Shown here one piece after another: positions 62,078 through 64,000 of a stretch of DNA of 64,000 bases (position 1 is the first letter of the stretch; every line of letters starts with the position of its first letter). The position numbers and the translations under genes were made by a program. This DNA is from Centroscyllium fabricii (Eukaryota): contig JBNRSN020000011.1 of assembly GCA_051313645.2 (NCBI GenBank), positions 163,060,001-163,124,000 on the forward strand. The letters are read 5' to 3'. Below the pieces are notes generated by a model, which made no database searches, was not told the origin of the DNA, and worked only from the letters and a program-made list of their open reading frames with translations.

Positions 62078-63244
62078 TAATGACAAAACAATAAAGGAAA
62101 AATCAGAAATAAACTGAAAAATGCAGCTAAGAAAGGCTGCACAACCAAATAGAAAAATGCCAAAACATACAACTTCACTATTATTTGCAAAACCAGCAGT
62201 CATGCAGTTTTAAGAACTTATGGTCTTAATGTCAAGAAGTCAGGTTGCAAGTGCACCGTTTTTTTCAAACAGGTGCACAGCAATGACATCGTGCTTTAGT
62301 TGAAACCATTGGAAAATGTGGAAGTAAAGAGGTCCCACCTCTATTTATATATTTTTGTGACCTTTGATGGGTTCACCAGCAATGTGCGGTTGGAAAGTAC
62401 AAGGCAGAGCTCGCCCAGCATATTTACAACGCTCCTGGTTGACCTCGACCTTTCCGCCCCCTGCACCACTGACACAGCAGAGTGGAAAGTGTTCCTTTAC
62501 TATTTGCCCCAATCATTCAACATTGGTTAGCACGTGAGAAGAAGCCTTTTTCTTTTTGTAATTTAGCAGTTAAAACTTCTGCTGCGCCAACACCTGGCAC
62601 ATGGTGAGAATGCACAGTGGGAAATCGTACTCGCGCAGCCTGCCATTTTCCATCCATTAAAGTTAATGGGAGTGTAAAATTTTGTGATATTTGCTGCTGG
62701 CGTGTGCCAGGAGGGGGCGCAGTGAAATTTTTCCCCATTAATCACAACACCACCAGTAAGTCAACATTCTTCTGTTTAGCTGGAATTGCAACTTAACCTT
62801 TTGAGGATGGTCGTGGCATTTCTGCACCAGAATTAAAAGAAAGCAATTTATAGGTTATGCTATACATTAGGAAGTATTACATCATTCTTCACAAGTCTCT
62901 CATTGTACTTTTAGGAAATTCAGGATTAAGAATTTACTTTGTTTACTGGTAAGTTACTTACCCATAAAAAAAAATAGCAGTCTGAAAACATTATCACCGC
63001 AAATCATGCAATCTTCAGCAAGTACTGGTTTTTAGCTCCTCTGGACTATAAACTTTAAAGCACGACCGTGGTCATCTTACTTGTTACACGGACAATATTA
63101 AATTGCTTTGTATTCAACAGTACAGAATTTAAAAGCCCCTCCATGGTCAGAGCACCATATTGATACTTGTTTTTTTTCTACAGAGAATACTTCATTTAAT
63201 TAAACTGACACAGGGCATCTTCCAGAGATTTGAGCATAGAAACC

Positions 63245-63890
63245 AGGCAGTGCTCGGGGAGTGCTGCCTTGTCGGAGGTGCCATCTTTCGAATGAGTTGT
63301 TAAACCAAGGTTCCGTCTGTGGTAACCGTTATTTACCACTGTAATAGTGAAGCACAATATAAACCAGCATGTATAGCGGCTGGGTGCACTGTACATAGTT
63401 TTTGTATTACGACACTGTCGCAGGGTCAGGTCAGCCACACCTCTAACTCCTCCCCTCAGGTGAGTGCCTTATAGGTGGGGTCTGACCTGCCCCCATTCAT
63501 TCTGTACCTGATGTTCGACCGGAGCGTAGCTCCTTTGTAAAGCTAATAAAAGCCTATAGTTAAGGTAACTACTCGTCTTTAGTATTATTGTATTATTGAC
63601 GATACGTCACCGTCTGCCTTCTGAAATGGACGGAAAAGCTCCCGTTATTTCACTATTCCGAAGAGCAAGGAGCTCTCCCCAGTGTCATGGCCAATATTTA
63701 TCCCTCAACCGACATCACTATAAAACAGCTACCTGGTCATTATCTCATAGCTGTTTGTGGGACCTTTCTGTGCACAACTTGGCTGCCATGTCCCTTACAA
63801 AACAACAGTTACTGCACTTTAAGTACTTCATCAATAAAGCGCTTTGGGACATCTTGAGGTCGTGAAAGGCACTATATAAATGCAAGTTCC
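63245..63890 (+). mobile_element. Deu-domain SINE split by a solo LTR
   Basis: GGGAGTGCTGCCTTGTCGGAGGTGCCATCTTTCG...AAACCAAGGTTCCGTC|TGCC...GGCCAATATTTATCCCTCAACC...GAAAGGCACTATATAAATGCAAG. Confidence 0.8.
63318..63609 (+). mobile_element. Short solo LTR (292 bp)
   Basis: TG...CA termini, exact 5-bp TSD CCGTC (63313-63317, 63610-63614), AATAAA at 63545-63550. Confidence 0.8.
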
Positions 63891-63909
63891 TCCTTTCTTT
63901 ATTCTAACC

Positions 63910-64000
63910 CAGGGGTCCCCAATTACCGGGCCGCGGACCGGTACCGGGCCGTGGATCATTTGGTACCAGGCCACACAGAAAGAATAAAAACGTTTTAATT
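63910..64000 (+). mobile_element. hAT-Charlie (MER1/Charlie3-like) transposon end, runs off the window
   Basis: CAGGGGTCCCCAA..CCGGGCCGCGGACCGGTACCGG.CCGTGG resembles the MER1/Charlie3 terminus as recalled. Confidence 0.65.

Overview
Eukaryotic (cartilaginous fish, most likely shark) genomic DNA, judged from HE1/V-SINEs, CR1 LINEs and Deu-domain SINEs. The only recognisable host gene is a complete three-exon BarH-like homeobox gene, barhl2 (CDS 29345-29864, 31457-31682, 33560-33851; 345 aa). It lies in CpG-rich, transposon-poor sequence (about 11.6-22.9 kb and 27.2-39.6 kb) that looks like a developmental regulatory block. Both flanks are densely packed with nested elements: CR1, L2, RTE, Rex1/Babar, Penelope, solo LTRs, Harbinger/Tc1-mariner/hAT elements and SINEs. 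Four N-gaps are present. Main observations: (1) minimal hammerhead-ribozyme motifs in Penelope terminal repeats, one on the sense strand of barhl2 intron 2 within a cluster of inverted repeats and one whose predicted cleavage site coincides with an insertion junction; (2) a young 5S-rRNA-derived SINE with an RTE-like tail; (3) a MITE carrying eight alternating YY1/NRF1-like motif units; (4) three- and four-level transposon nests resolved by target-site duplications. Family names come from recall of consensus sequences, not from database searches.
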